Part shown: piece by piece, positions 21,342 to 30,643 of the stretch
How the letters are laid out: each line of letters starts with the position of its first letter
Numbering within the stretch: position 1 is the first letter of the stretch
Assembly (NCBI RefSeq): GCF_054482525.1
Contig: NZ_CM137006.1
Length of the DNA stretch: 64,000 nucleotides
Direction: 5' to 3' (one strand)
Program-made: the position numbers and the translations under genes
Notes under the pieces: model-generated
Database searches by the model: none
Told to the model about the DNA's origin: nothing
Seen by the model: the letters and a program-made list of their open reading frames with translations, nothing else

Positions 21342-24300
21342 TTATTCAAACAGGGCTTCAATATCGTTAATTAGCTCGCTGGCGGTGATGGCATCGAGTA
21401 CGGAGAGCTGCGCTTCCTGTGTTGAATTACTCCTCCAGCCATAGCTTTCTGCTTTGCCTTCCCATAGCCACAGCTTGCTTAAGATTTGCTCGGCACTCAG
21501 TTCGGCTGGTGACATACCCACCGCAAAACCTTCATCGATTTCCATGATTAACGACCAGCGGCCCAGAGGTTTGATCATCCAGCCGATCCAGCCTGCATCC
21601 AGCGGGGTGCCCTTTATCCAACCTTTATTCGCCAGTCCCATGACCCGACCGCTCGGGCATTTTCTGCCTGCCCAGCGGATCAATTCGCTGGCATTGCGCT
21701 CGGTTTCTGTCAGGGCGTAACTGTTACGGTCGAGCTGGCGAAACGGCGGTAGCAGTTCGTAGTCGGCAAAAAGCTGACCAAAGGCGGCAGCATCCGTGGG
21801 TGATATTTCCAGAACGTGAGGAATACCAACAGAGATATCGCCTTCCGGCGGGGTGAAAAGATCATCGTCAGCGGTGCTGTAGCTGTTATCTTCCGCCACG
21901 CGAAAGCAAGCCAGTAGCTCGTTTTCGGCGCTATAAACGCCCCAAATCAGACGGCGGGTTAAGTGACGAACCAGCGGATGCTCAACCAGGAAGAGCTGAA
22001 AGTTTTCCGGCGACCAGCGGCGGCGCAGGCACATGGCGGATTCCAGCCTTGCTACCTGCTGGGCGGCGACGGTACGCGCATCTTTTTTCAGCAATTTGTA
22101 GCGGTTAACAGCATCGTTCGCCTGTGATTCATCATCGCTTTTATTGGGTTTAGGTAAGTCTTTCAGGCGGCTGCCGGAAACATCGCGCACAAACGGTTTT
22201 AAGGTTTCATCAAAGCTGACGGTGAACTGCCGTGGGCCAAAATCCAGCAGCAGCGAACCGTTATCATCCAGACCGAGATCCGGTGCTAACCGGTCTTCAA
22301 GTTCCGCCACCGTGAGTTCGCGGCTCTCGGCAATGTCGGCAATTTTTTCTTTCGCCCGCTCCTGTAAGGCTTTGAATTTCAGTTTCTGGGCGATGCCGTT
22401 AAGCTGCATCAGGGCGATATCGCTGCCGATAGCAGCGAGAATATCCAACCCAACGGTGGCACGTTTATGCTGAGATTCGCCAGGCCAGGCGCGGATTAAT
22501 GGCGTCAGTTTGCGGGCGGCGTCATCGTTACCGAGAACGCCTAACGCAGTGAACGCCCAACTCTCTTTCGACGGCGCGCCAGCGGTCTGCCAGGCGGTAA
22601 ACAGATCCCAGGCAAATTCAGCCAGTGAGTCGGCGGTACAGGCATCTTTCACCTGCAATAATCCCGGATACAGCGCCTCCTCCTGATGGAAGCGGAGCAT
22701 TTCACCGAGGTGCTGGAGTGCGCTATCGGGCAGTGATTGGGCGCTTGCTTTTAATACCGGGCGGTTCCAGAGCGATGGCTGATAAAAGGCCGGAAGAGTG
22801 GGGATTTTTGTCGGGTGATTATCTAAGGGATCGAGCGCAAGCAGAGCGTTCACCGCGTCTGTTACTTCCGGCTGGTTATAACGCCGGGCGATTTCTTGCA
22901 GTAATGGCTGATGACCGTTTTCGGTAAGCATACGCAAGGCAGCGCGGGCGTTATCCTGTGCTTCACCGGATTTGCCGAGCGCCGAAGGTAGCAGGCCGGT
23001 AATGGCGTGTTCCGGGTATTTCAGCAGCCAGGTGCGGGCGTCTTGTCGTAGGGTTTTGAGTTTGTTGAAGGCGCGGGCGATCAGTGGCGCTAATTCGATA
23101 GCCGCAAAATATTGTGCTACAGGCAGAGCTTCTTGTGGATAGCGTGAAAAGGAGTGAATAAAACCCTGTAACCCAGTGAGTTGCAGGTGCGTCATGACAA
23201 ACTCGACACCGACGTGTGGCTCTTTACTGAGGACATTCCACGCCTGCGCTGTCTTTTCGATAGGCAGGGTGGCTAACATGTAAAGCTGCCATTCCCGTTG
23301 ATAGGAGTGCCAGAAGGTTTTAAATTCGCTGATCAGCGCGGAATAATGTCCCCTTTGCCAGAGATCTATAGCAGCATCAGGCGCTTTCATATACTGGCCA
23401 TTATTCCAGCGATTGAAACCCAGACGTGCCAGGTAGTTCTGAATATCCTCTTTTTGGCCGATGTCTATTTGATGTGCGTGCCAGCGATGCCTTGCATGAA
23501 TCTCTTTTTCTGCCGTCTCGGTCAATGTGCAGCATGACTCCAACGATAATGGCGTTAAATCCAATACCGGTATAACAGATTTTTTCTTTTTCGAAAGCCA
23601 GGGCGGTGAGACTAATACGGCAGGCAGTAGATCGGCGCAGGCATGGTTTGAGGGCTGTGTCAGTTGTTGCAGGCATGCTTTCAGCACTGCAACTGCGGGT
23701 GTTGAGAGCCAGGGAGTGACCTGTTCTGCTAGTGCCGGTTGCGAGATAAGCATCGTCATTAGCATAATGCGCCAACTATTCTCTTCTTTTTGCGCAAGAA
23801 GTTCCGCCAGTGCCGCCAGTGCCGTGTGTGGGAACGCAGCGCAAGCCTTAGTCATTCGTTCATGGCAGCGTTTAGTTTTGCCAGACACACGTATAAGTAG
23901 CATTAATGCTTGTGGGTGATTGATCTCTGCGAGAATACTTCCGCAAAGATCAGCATAAGCATAGGGGGCGAAGCGAGCGATTCCGGCAATCCCTTGCTCC
24001 TGCAAAACGGTGACATTCCAGATGCAACCATGGTAATAGTCATTAAAAAGGTCGTACGCGCAATAAGATTCCAGTGCTTTGAGCAAGGAAGATTCTTGTA
24101 CAACAAGTTTCAGCCATTCAACAGTTTGGATATTTTTCTGCTCCAGTAACCGTCGTGCGATTTCTTCTGCAATCTCCGGGCGTTCCGGTAGCATTAGCGC
24201 TACCATCGGTTGTTGAACGGGAGGAATATCAGGCAAAGCTGTAATGAATTTATCTACACAGCGTTGCCACAAAGTTTCTTCTGCTAGAGCCAAATGTTTA

Positions 24301-25091
24301 CGCAGTCGAACGTCAAAGGGGGTAACACAATGTGCATGGTTTAATAATGGCTGAAAAGTAATGTGTATGCTTATTCTGTGATAAGTGCAATCGAACGAGA
24401 TATATTGCATGGCAATAAACATATCCACGGCAAATTCTAGTCCGTAGACATAGACAATTTCATCCATGAGTTCAGGGCATTCGTCCCAGAATTTACGTGA
24501 AACCAGAACAACCTGTACAGCCAACGCAGCAGGAGAAAGTGGACCATTAGCGAGAGCTTCATTGATATTCTGCTGCCAGTTAGCAGAACATGCACTGAAA
24601 TCGTATGTTGTTATTTTTCCTGATAGATTATGAATATCCTGACCTAAATTCATAAGGAGGCTGTCTTGTGGTTCGCTTACAGCATCCCCAGGAAAACGTC
24701 GGGAAGGTAAGGCCTCCTGAGACTTTTTCTCCGATAGATGGATAGTGGAATCATCTGTCAGCCACGGGCATGGTGTCTCAGCAGGTTCAGCAACCATACT
24801 TTGGTCAAATACGACTGTGGTTTCTGCCACGCCAGTTGTATCTACTTCGATCGTTTCTATTTTGATTGCGGGTTGGGATGGCGAAGATAATTCTTCCACA
24901 TACCCCTTCTTCACCTTCTCCGCAATCAGCTTCAGTCCCGCTTTTTCCGCCGCTGCTGCATCCGCAAAGCTTTTTACCTGGTTTTGCCCTTTGGTGCCAA
25001 CTTTTCCCCAACAGATATGCAACTCGTTTCCCTGTTGCTCCACCGCCCAGAATTTATGTGATTTTTCGTCCTGAAAGATAAAGTGCCTCAT
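21342..25091 (-). CDS. molR: Intact MolR: N-terminal WGR domain plus DUF4132 region (1249 aa)
   Basis: N-terminal FWAVEQQGNELHICWGKVGTKGQ is WGR-like; remainder is paralogous to YehI; uninterrupted here. Confidence 0.8.
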   Translation of the reverse strand: MRHFIFQDEKSHKFWAVEQQGNELHICWGKVGTKGQNQVKSFADAAAAEKAGLKLIAEKVKKGYVEELSSPSQPAIKIETIEVDTTGVAETTVVFDQSMVAEPAETPCPWLTDDSTIHLSEKKSQEALPSRRFPGDAVSEPQDSLLMNLGQDIHNLSGKITTYDFSACSANWQQNINEALANGPLSPAALAVQVVLVSRKFWDECPELMDEIVYVYGLEFAVDMFIAMQYISFDCTYHRISIHITFQPLLNHAHCVTPFDVRLRKHLALAEETLWQRCVDKFITALPDIPPVQQPMVALMLPERPEIAEEIARRLLEQKNIQTVEWLKLVVQESSLLKALESYCAYDLFNDYYHGCIWNVTVLQEQGIAGIARFAPYAYADLCGSILAEINHPQALMLLIRVSGKTKRCHERMTKACAAFPHTALAALAELLAQKEENSWRIMLMTMLISQPALAEQVTPWLSTPAVAVLKACLQQLTQPSNHACADLLPAVLVSPPWLSKKKKSVIPVLDLTPLSLESCCTLTETAEKEIHARHRWHAHQIDIGQKEDIQNYLARLGFNRWNNGQYMKAPDAAIDLWQRGHYSALISEFKTFWHSYQREWQLYMLATLPIEKTAQAWNVLSKEPHVGVEFVMTHLQLTGLQGFIHSFSRYPQEALPVAQYFAAIELAPLIARAFNKLKTLRQDARTWLLKYPEHAITGLLPSALGKSGEAQDNARAALRMLTENGHQPLLQEIARRYNQPEVTDAVNALLALDPLDNHPTKIPTLPAFYQPSLWNRPVLKASAQSLPDSALQHLGEMLRFHQEEALYPGLLQVKDACTADSLAEFAWDLFTAWQTAGAPSKESWAFTALGVLGNDDAARKLTPLIRAWPGESQHKRATVGLDILAAIGSDIALMQLNGIAQKLKFKALQERAKEKIADIAESRELTVAELEDRLAPDLGLDDNGSLLLDFGPRQFTVSFDETLKPFVRDVSGSRLKDLPKPNKSDDESQANDAVNRYKLLKKDARTVAAQQVARLESAMCLRRRWSPENFQLFLVEHPLVRHLTRRLIWGVYSAENELLACFRVAEDNSYSTADDDLFTPPEGDISVGIPHVLEISPTDAAAFGQLFADYELLPPFRQLDRNSYALTETERNASELIRWAGRKCPSGRVMGLANKGWIKGTPLDAGWIGWMIKPLGRWSLIMEIDEGFAVGMSPAELSAEQILSKLWLWEGKAESYGWRSNSTQEAQLSVLDAITASELINDIEALFE

Positions 25092-25189
25092 TCTGCATCC
25101 CTGTAATTTTATCCAGTTGAATGCTGATGCTACCAGTATTTATGCGGGTTAGAGAGAGACAAAATCGCAAGAAAACAACTTTAGGAATT

Positions 25190-25220
25190 TATAAAGAAAA
25201 GGCGCTGTCGATACAGCGCC
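25190..25220 (-). terminator. Intrinsic terminator of metG
   Basis: Minus-strand hairpin ggcgctgt-atcga-cagcgcc followed by a T-tract. Confidence 0.6.
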
Positions 25221-25231
25221 TTGAAAGGAGA

Positions 25232-27265
25232 TTATTTCACCTGATGACCCGGTTTAGCACCGGCATCCGGGCTTAGCAGGAAAATATCTTTCCCGCCAGG
25301 ACCGGCAGCCATCACCATGCCTTCGGAGATACCGAAGCGCATTTTACGTGGTGCCAGGTTAGCCACCATAATGGTGTGACGACCAATCAGTGCCTGCGGA
25401 TCCGGGTAAGCAGAACGAATGCCGGAGAAGACATTGCGTTTTTCACCGCCGAGATCCAGCGTCAGGCGCAGCAGTTTGTCAGAACCTTCAACAAACTCTG
25501 CGTTTTCAATCAGTGCCACGCGCAGGTCAACTTTGGCGAAGTCATCAAAGGTGATAGTTTCCTGGATTGGATCGTCAGCCAGCGGGCCAGTTACCGGCGC
25601 GGCAGCGGCTTTTACTTCTTCTTTAGATGCTTCCACCAGTGCTTCAACCTGCTTCATATCGATGCGGTTATACAGCGCCTTGAACGGATTCACTTTATGG
25701 CCCAACAGCGGTTGCTGGATACCATGCCAGGTCAGTTCTGTATTGAGGAATGCTTCTGCACGCTCGGTCAGTTTCGGCAGTACCGGCTTCAGGTAAGTCA
25801 TCAGCACGCGGAACAGGTTGATGCCCATCGAGCAAATTGCCTGCAGGTCGGCATCGCGGTCTTCCTGTTTCGCCACCACCCACGGAGCCTGTTCATCGAC
25901 ATAGCGGTTAGCCAGATCAGCCAGCGCCATAATTTCGCGTACTGCTTTACCAAATTCGCGGCTTTCCCACGCTTCACCAATCACTTCAGCGGCATCAGTG
26001 AAGGTTTTGTACAGTTGCGGGTCAGCCAGTTCGCTTGCCAGCACACCGTCAAAACGCTTGTTGATAAAGCCAGCGTTACGGGAGGCCAGGTTAACCACTT
26101 TATTCACGATATCGGCATTCACGCGCTGAACGAAATCTTCCAGGTTGAGATCGATATCATCAATGCGCGAAGAGAGTTTCGCAGTGTAGTAGTAACGCAG
26201 GCTGTCAGCGTCAAAATGATTCAGCCAGGTGCTGGCTTTAATAAAGGTGCCGCGAGACTTGGACATCTTCGCGCCGTTCACCGTCACATAGCCATGAACA
26301 AACAGGTTAGTCGGCTTGCGGAAGTTGCTGCCTTCCAGCATGGCAGGCCAGAACAGGCTGTGGAAGTAAACGATATCTTTACCGATGAAGTGGTACAGCT
26401 CGGCGGTGGAATCTTTCTTCCAGTATTCATCGAAGCTGGTGGTGTCGCCGCGTTTGTCGCACAGATTCTTGAAGGAACCCATGTAGCCAATCGGCGCGTC
26501 CAGCCAGACGTAGAAATATTTGCCCGGTGCGTTCGGAATTTCAAAACCGAAGTACGGCGCATCGCGGGAGATATCCCACTGTTGCAGGCCAGATTCAAAC
26601 CACTCCTGCATTTTGTTTGCCACCTGCTCCTGCAACGCACCGCTGCGGGTCCATGCCTGCAACATTTCGCTGAAAGAGGGCAGATCAAAGAAGAAGTGTT
26701 CAGAATCACGCATTACCGGCGTAGCACCAGAAACCACCGATTTCGGCTCGATCAATTCAGTCGGGCTGTAGGTCGCGCCGCAGACTTCGCAGTTATCGCC
26801 GTATTGATCCGGGGATTTACATTTCGGGCAGGTGCCTTTCACAAAACGGTCCGGTAGGAACATGCCTTTTTCCGGATCGTACAGCTGAGAAATAGTGCGG
26901 TTTTTAATAAAACCGTTTTCTTTCAGGCGAGAGTAGATAAGTTCTGACAACTGGCGGTTCTCTTCGCTGTGCGTCGAGTGATAGTTGTCATAGCTGATGT
27001 TAAAGCCTGCGAAATCAGTCTGATGCTCCTGACTCATTTCGCCAATCATCTGCTCCGGGGTGATACCGAGCTGCTGAGCTTTCAGCATGATCGGTGTACC
27101 GTGGGCATCGTCGGCGCAGATGAAGTTGACCTCGTGGCCGCGCATTCGCTGGTAACGGACCCAGACATCAGCCTGGATGTGCTCCAGCATATGGCCGAGG
27201 TGGATTGAGCCGTTAGCGTACGGCAGTGCGCACGTCACCAGAATTTTCTTCGCGACTTGAGTCAT
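25232..27265 (-). CDS. metG: Methionyl-tRNA synthetase
   Basis: Class I HIGH (ANGSIHLGH) and KMSKS motifs; start placed at [10 protein letters not shown] giving 677 aa. Confidence 0.95.
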   Translation of the reverse strand: MTQVAKKILVTCALPYANGSIHLGHMLEHIQADVWVRYQRMRGHEVNFICADDAHGTPIMLKAQQLGITPEQMIGEMSQEHQTDFAGFNISYDNYHSTHSEENRQLSELIYSRLKENGFIKNRTISQLYDPEKGMFLPDRFVKGTCPKCKSPDQYGDNCEVCGATYSPTELIEPKSVVSGATPVMRDSEHFFFDLPSFSEMLQAWTRSGALQEQVANKMQEWFESGLQQWDISRDAPYFGFEIPNAPGKYFYVWLDAPIGYMGSFKNLCDKRGDTTSFDEYWKKDSTAELYHFIGKDIVYFHSLFWPAMLEGSNFRKPTNLFVHGYVTVNGAKMSKSRGTFIKASTWLNHFDADSLRYYYTAKLSSRIDDIDLNLEDFVQRVNADIVNKVVNLASRNAGFINKRFDGVLASELADPQLYKTFTDAAEVIGEAWESREFGKAVREIMALADLANRYVDEQAPWVVAKQEDRDADLQAICSMGINLFRVLMTYLKPVLPKLTERAEAFLNTELTWHGIQQPLLGHKVNPFKALYNRIDMKQVEALVEASKEEVKAAAAPVTGPLADDPIQETITFDDFAKVDLRVALIENAEFVEGSDKLLRLTLDLGGEKRNVFSGIRSAYPDPQALIGRHTIMVANLAPRKMRFGISEGMVMAAGPGGKDIFLLSPDAGAKPGHQVK

Positions 27266-27396
27266 AGTAGGCATTACTTCTTAATAGTGAAAAGGGGTTA
27301 GATAGTACCAAATGGGAAAATGTTAAGTAAGTACTTCTCTATATTCTTCAGGTAAACTATCAGCTGATGGTTTATCTATACAAAAAAGGAGTCGGG

Positions 27397-28506
27397 ATGA
27401 ACGAACAATCCCAGGCCAAATCACCAGAAGCCTTGCGCGCAATGGTCGCCGGGACACTGGCCAATTTTCAGCACCCAACCCTGAAGCATAACCTCACCAC
27501 GCTGAAAGCGTTGCACCATGTCGCCTGGATGGACGACACGTTGCATGTGGAACTGGTTATGCCATTCGTCTGGCATAGCGCGTTCGAAGAGTTAAAAGAG
27601 CAATGTAGCGCCGAACTGCTGCGCATCACCGGGGCGAAAGCTATCGACTGGAAACTGTCGCACAATATCGCCACCTTAAAACGCGTGAAGAATCAGCCGG
27701 GAATTAACGGCGTGAAGAACATCATTGCGGTCAGCTCCGGTAAAGGCGGCGTGGGTAAATCCTCCACGGCGGTAAACCTGGCGCTGGCACTGGCGGCGGA
27801 AGGGGCGAAAGTCGGCATTCTGGACGCCGATATCTACGGCCCATCAATCCCCACCATGCTGGGCGCAGAAAATCAGCGTCCAACTTCGCCGGACGGTACC
27901 CATATGGCACCGATTATGTCTCATGGACTGGCAACCAATTCAATTGGTTATCTGGTCACTGACGACAATGCGATGGTGTGGCGTGGTCCGATGGCGAGCA
28001 AGGCGTTAATGCAGATGTTGCAGGAAACCTTGTGGCCGGATCTCGACTATCTGGTGCTTGATATGCCGCCAGGCACCGGTGACATTCAATTGACACTGGC
28101 ACAAAACATTCCAGTAACTGGCGCGGTAGTGGTCACCACCCCGCAGGACATTGCGTTGATCGATGCGAAAAAAGGCATTGTGATGTTCGAGAAAGTCGAG
28201 GTTCCGGTGCTCGGTATTGTCGAGAACATGAGTGTGCATATTTGCAGTAACTGTGGTCACCATGAACCGATTTTCGGTACCGGTGGTGCAGAGAAACTGG
28301 CCGAGAAATACCACACGCAGTTGCTGGGGCAGATGCCGTTACACATCTCCTTACGTGAAGATCTCGATAAAGGCACGCCAACGGTTATCAGCCGTCCGGA
28401 GAGCGAATTTACCGCTATCTACCGCCAGCTGGCTGACCGCGTTGCAGCCCAGCTTTATTGGCAGGGAGAAGTCATTCCTGGCGAGATTTCCTTCCGCGCG
28501 GTCTGA
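27397..28506 (+). CDS. mrp: Fe-S cluster carrier ATPase Mrp/ApbC
   Basis: P-loop GKGGVGKS; start placed at MNEQSQAKSP giving 369 aa; divergent from metG. Confidence 0.9.
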   Translation: MNEQSQAKSPEALRAMVAGTLANFQHPTLKHNLTTLKALHHVAWMDDTLHVELVMPFVWHSAFEELKEQCSAELLRITGAKAIDWKLSHNIATLKRVKNQPGINGVKNIIAVSSGKGGVGKSSTAVNLALALAAEGAKVGILDADIYGPSIPTMLGAENQRPTSPDGTHMAPIMSHGLATNSIGYLVTDDNAMVWRGPMASKALMQMLQETLWPDLDYLVLDMPPGTGDIQLTLAQNIPVTGAVVVTTPQDIALIDAKKGIVMFEKVEVPVLGIVENMSVHICSNCGHHEPIFGTGGAEKLAEKYHTQLLGQMPLHISLREDLDKGTPTVISRPESEFTAIYRQLADRVAAQLYWQGEVIPGEISFRAV

Positions 28507-28768
28507 CGCGCATTAACCTTTTTGGTTGTTTTTCATACACCGCAGAGATGTTACATTGATGCGGTGTATTTGTTTTTGCCGCATTAATGAACACTTATTT
28601 AATGCTGTGAATATTCTGCGGACCTTCGTCCGAAACTCTATAAAGTCGATTGATCGTACAGGCAATGCTTCATTATCATCCTTCGTGGCTGTGTAGTGGA
28701 TGTACAGCTATAGTTTGTTATGCACTCATTCTATCCAGGCATAACCTTTACTACAGGGATAACGTTCA

Positions 28769-29050
28769 ATGAATAAGTACTGGCTGTCAGGAATTATTTT
28801 TCTTGCCTATGGAATGGCTTCTCCCGCGTTCTCTTCACAGACTGCCACATTAACGATTAATGGCAGGATCAGTCCCCCAACATGCAGTATGGTTATGGTT
28901 AATGGTCAACCTCAACAGCATTGTGGTCAGTTAACGTATGATGTTGATACCCGTCATCAGGTTTCTTCGCCAGTCAAAGGTGTAACGACAGAAGTGGTTG
29001 TTGCAGGTAGCGATAGCAAACGTCGAATCGTGTTAAATCGCTACGATTAA
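28769..29050 (+). CDS. yehE: Small secreted protein YehE
   Basis: 93 aa with signal peptide; sits upstream of the yeh fimbrial operon. Confidence 0.7.
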   Translation: MNKYWLSGIIFLAYGMASPAFSSQTATLTINGRISPPTCSMVMVNGQPQQHCGQLTYDVDTRHQVSSPVKGVTTEVVVAGSDSKRRIVLNRYD

Positions 29051-29345
29051 TTTGCCACCCTGGTTTTTTAATCGGATTTAGAAAGCTGAAATCATTCGTG
29101 TGAATGATTTCAGCTTTTTTATTGATATCAATAATACCATTTACAAAAATCTGCATTAATTAATAGATGTGATAAATATTTAATATGCTTAAGTATTTGT
29201 TGTATTTATATTGCAATAGTTAATTTGTTTTAAATCAATAAAACAATATGTTTACATTGCGGCAACTTTTTTGATGTGAGAAATTTGTTTCCAAGAGATA
29301 CAGACTCTTAACAACCAAAAAATAAATTTTATTAAGGAACATATT

Positions 29346-29888
29346 ATGAAACGTTCAATTATTGCTGCCGCTGTCTTTTCTTCTTTTTTTATGAGCGCTG
29401 GGGTATTTGCCGCAGACGTTGATACCGGAACATTAACCATTAAAGGGAATATTGCAGAATCTCCGTGTAAATTCGAAGCGGGTGGCGACTCAGTAAGTAT
29501 TAATATGCCAACTGTACCAACCACTGTCTTTGAAGGTAAAGCTAAATACTCGACCTATGATGATGCAGTCGGTGTAACCAGCAGCATGTTAAAAATTAGC
29601 TGTCCGAAAGAAGTTGCTGGTGTAAAACTCTCGTTGATTACCAACGATAAAATAACCGGAAACGATAAGGCGATAGCCAGTAGCAACGATACCGTGGGGT
29701 ACTATCTCTATTTAGGTGATAACAGCGATGTCCTGGATGTTTCTGCACCTTTTAACATTGAGAGTTATAAAACAGCGGAAGGTCAATATGCTATTCCGTT
29801 TAAAGCAAAATACCTGAAGCTGACAGATAATTCAGTGCAATCAGGTGATGTGTTATCTTCTCTGGTTATGCGTGTGGCGCAGGATTAA
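29346..29888 (+). CDS. yehD: Fimbrial major subunit (chaperone-usher pathway)
   Basis: Signal peptide, fimbrial-subunit size; followed by chaperone and usher genes. Confidence 0.85.
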   Translation: MKRSIIAAAVFSSFFMSAGVFAADVDTGTLTIKGNIAESPCKFEAGGDSVSINMPTVPTTVFEGKAKYSTYDDAVGVTSSMLKISCPKEVAGVKLSLITNDKITGNDKAIASSNDTVGYYLYLGDNSDVLDVSAPFNIESYKTAEGQYAIPFKAKYLKLTDNSVQSGDVLSSLVMRVAQD

Positions 29889-29924
29889 TAAATAAAATTT
29901 CAAGTTTCTCCAGGTAATAAACAT

Positions 29925-29950
29925 GGCCGCTATCCCCATGGCGGCCTTTT
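29925..29950 (+). terminator. Stem-loop after the major subunit gene (possible attenuator)
   Basis: ggccgc ... gcggcc stem followed by tttt. Confidence 0.45.
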
Positions 29951-29968
29951 AATTTAAGAGGCATTAAG

Positions 29969-30643
29969 ATGAAAGGATTATTAGCTTTACTCATTTCTTC
30001 TATGGTCCTTCCTGCACATGCCGGTATTGTTATCTACGGGACGCGTATTATTTACCCGGCAGAAAATAAAGAAGTGATGGTGCAGTTGATGAATCAGGGA
30101 AACCGTTCTTCGCTGCTGCAGGCGTGGATTGATGATGGTGATACGTCGTTACCACCAGAAAAAATTCAGGTTCCTTTCATGTTAACGCCACCAGTGGCAA
30201 AAATAGGGGCAAATTCCGGGCAGCAAGTAAAAATCAAAATTATGCCGAATAAACTGCCCACTAATAAAGAGAGCATTTTTTATCTGAATGTTCTGGATAT
30301 TCCACCAAATAGTCCAGAGCAAGAGGGCAAGAATGCACTGAAATTTGCAATGCAAAACAGAATAAAATTGTTTTACCGGCCTGCGGGTATTGCACCGGTA
30401 AATAAAGCGACATTTAAAAAGTTACTGGTAAATCGCAGTGGCAATGGATTGGTGATAAAAAATGACGCAGCAAATTGGGTGACGATTTCGGATGTCAAAG
30501 CTAATAATGTCAAAGTCAATTATGAAACTATTATGATTGCCCCCTTAGAAAGTCAGAGTATTAATGTCAAAAGTAATAATGCGAATAACTGGTATCTGAC
30601 CATTATCGATGACCATGGCAACTATATTAGTGACAAAATTTAA
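29969..30643 (+). CDS. yehC: Periplasmic fimbrial chaperone
   Basis: PapD-like chaperone translation; RBS aagagg upstream. Confidence 0.85.
   Translation: MKGLLALLISSMVLPAHAGIVIYGTRIIYPAENKEVMVQLMNQGNRSSLLQAWIDDGDTSLPPEKIQVPFMLTPPVAKIGANSGQQVKIKIMPNKLPTNKESIFYLNVLDIPPNSPEQEGKNALKFAMQNRIKLFYRPAGIAPVNKATFKKLLVNRSGNGLVIKNDAANWVTISDVKANNVKVNYETIMIAPLESQSINVKSNNANNWYLTIIDDHGNYISDKI

Noticed and set aside
25376-26857. 493-aa ORF on the plus strand
   Set aside because: It lies entirely antisense within metG, which has clear synthetase motifs; long antisense ORFs are common in GC-rich coding sequence.
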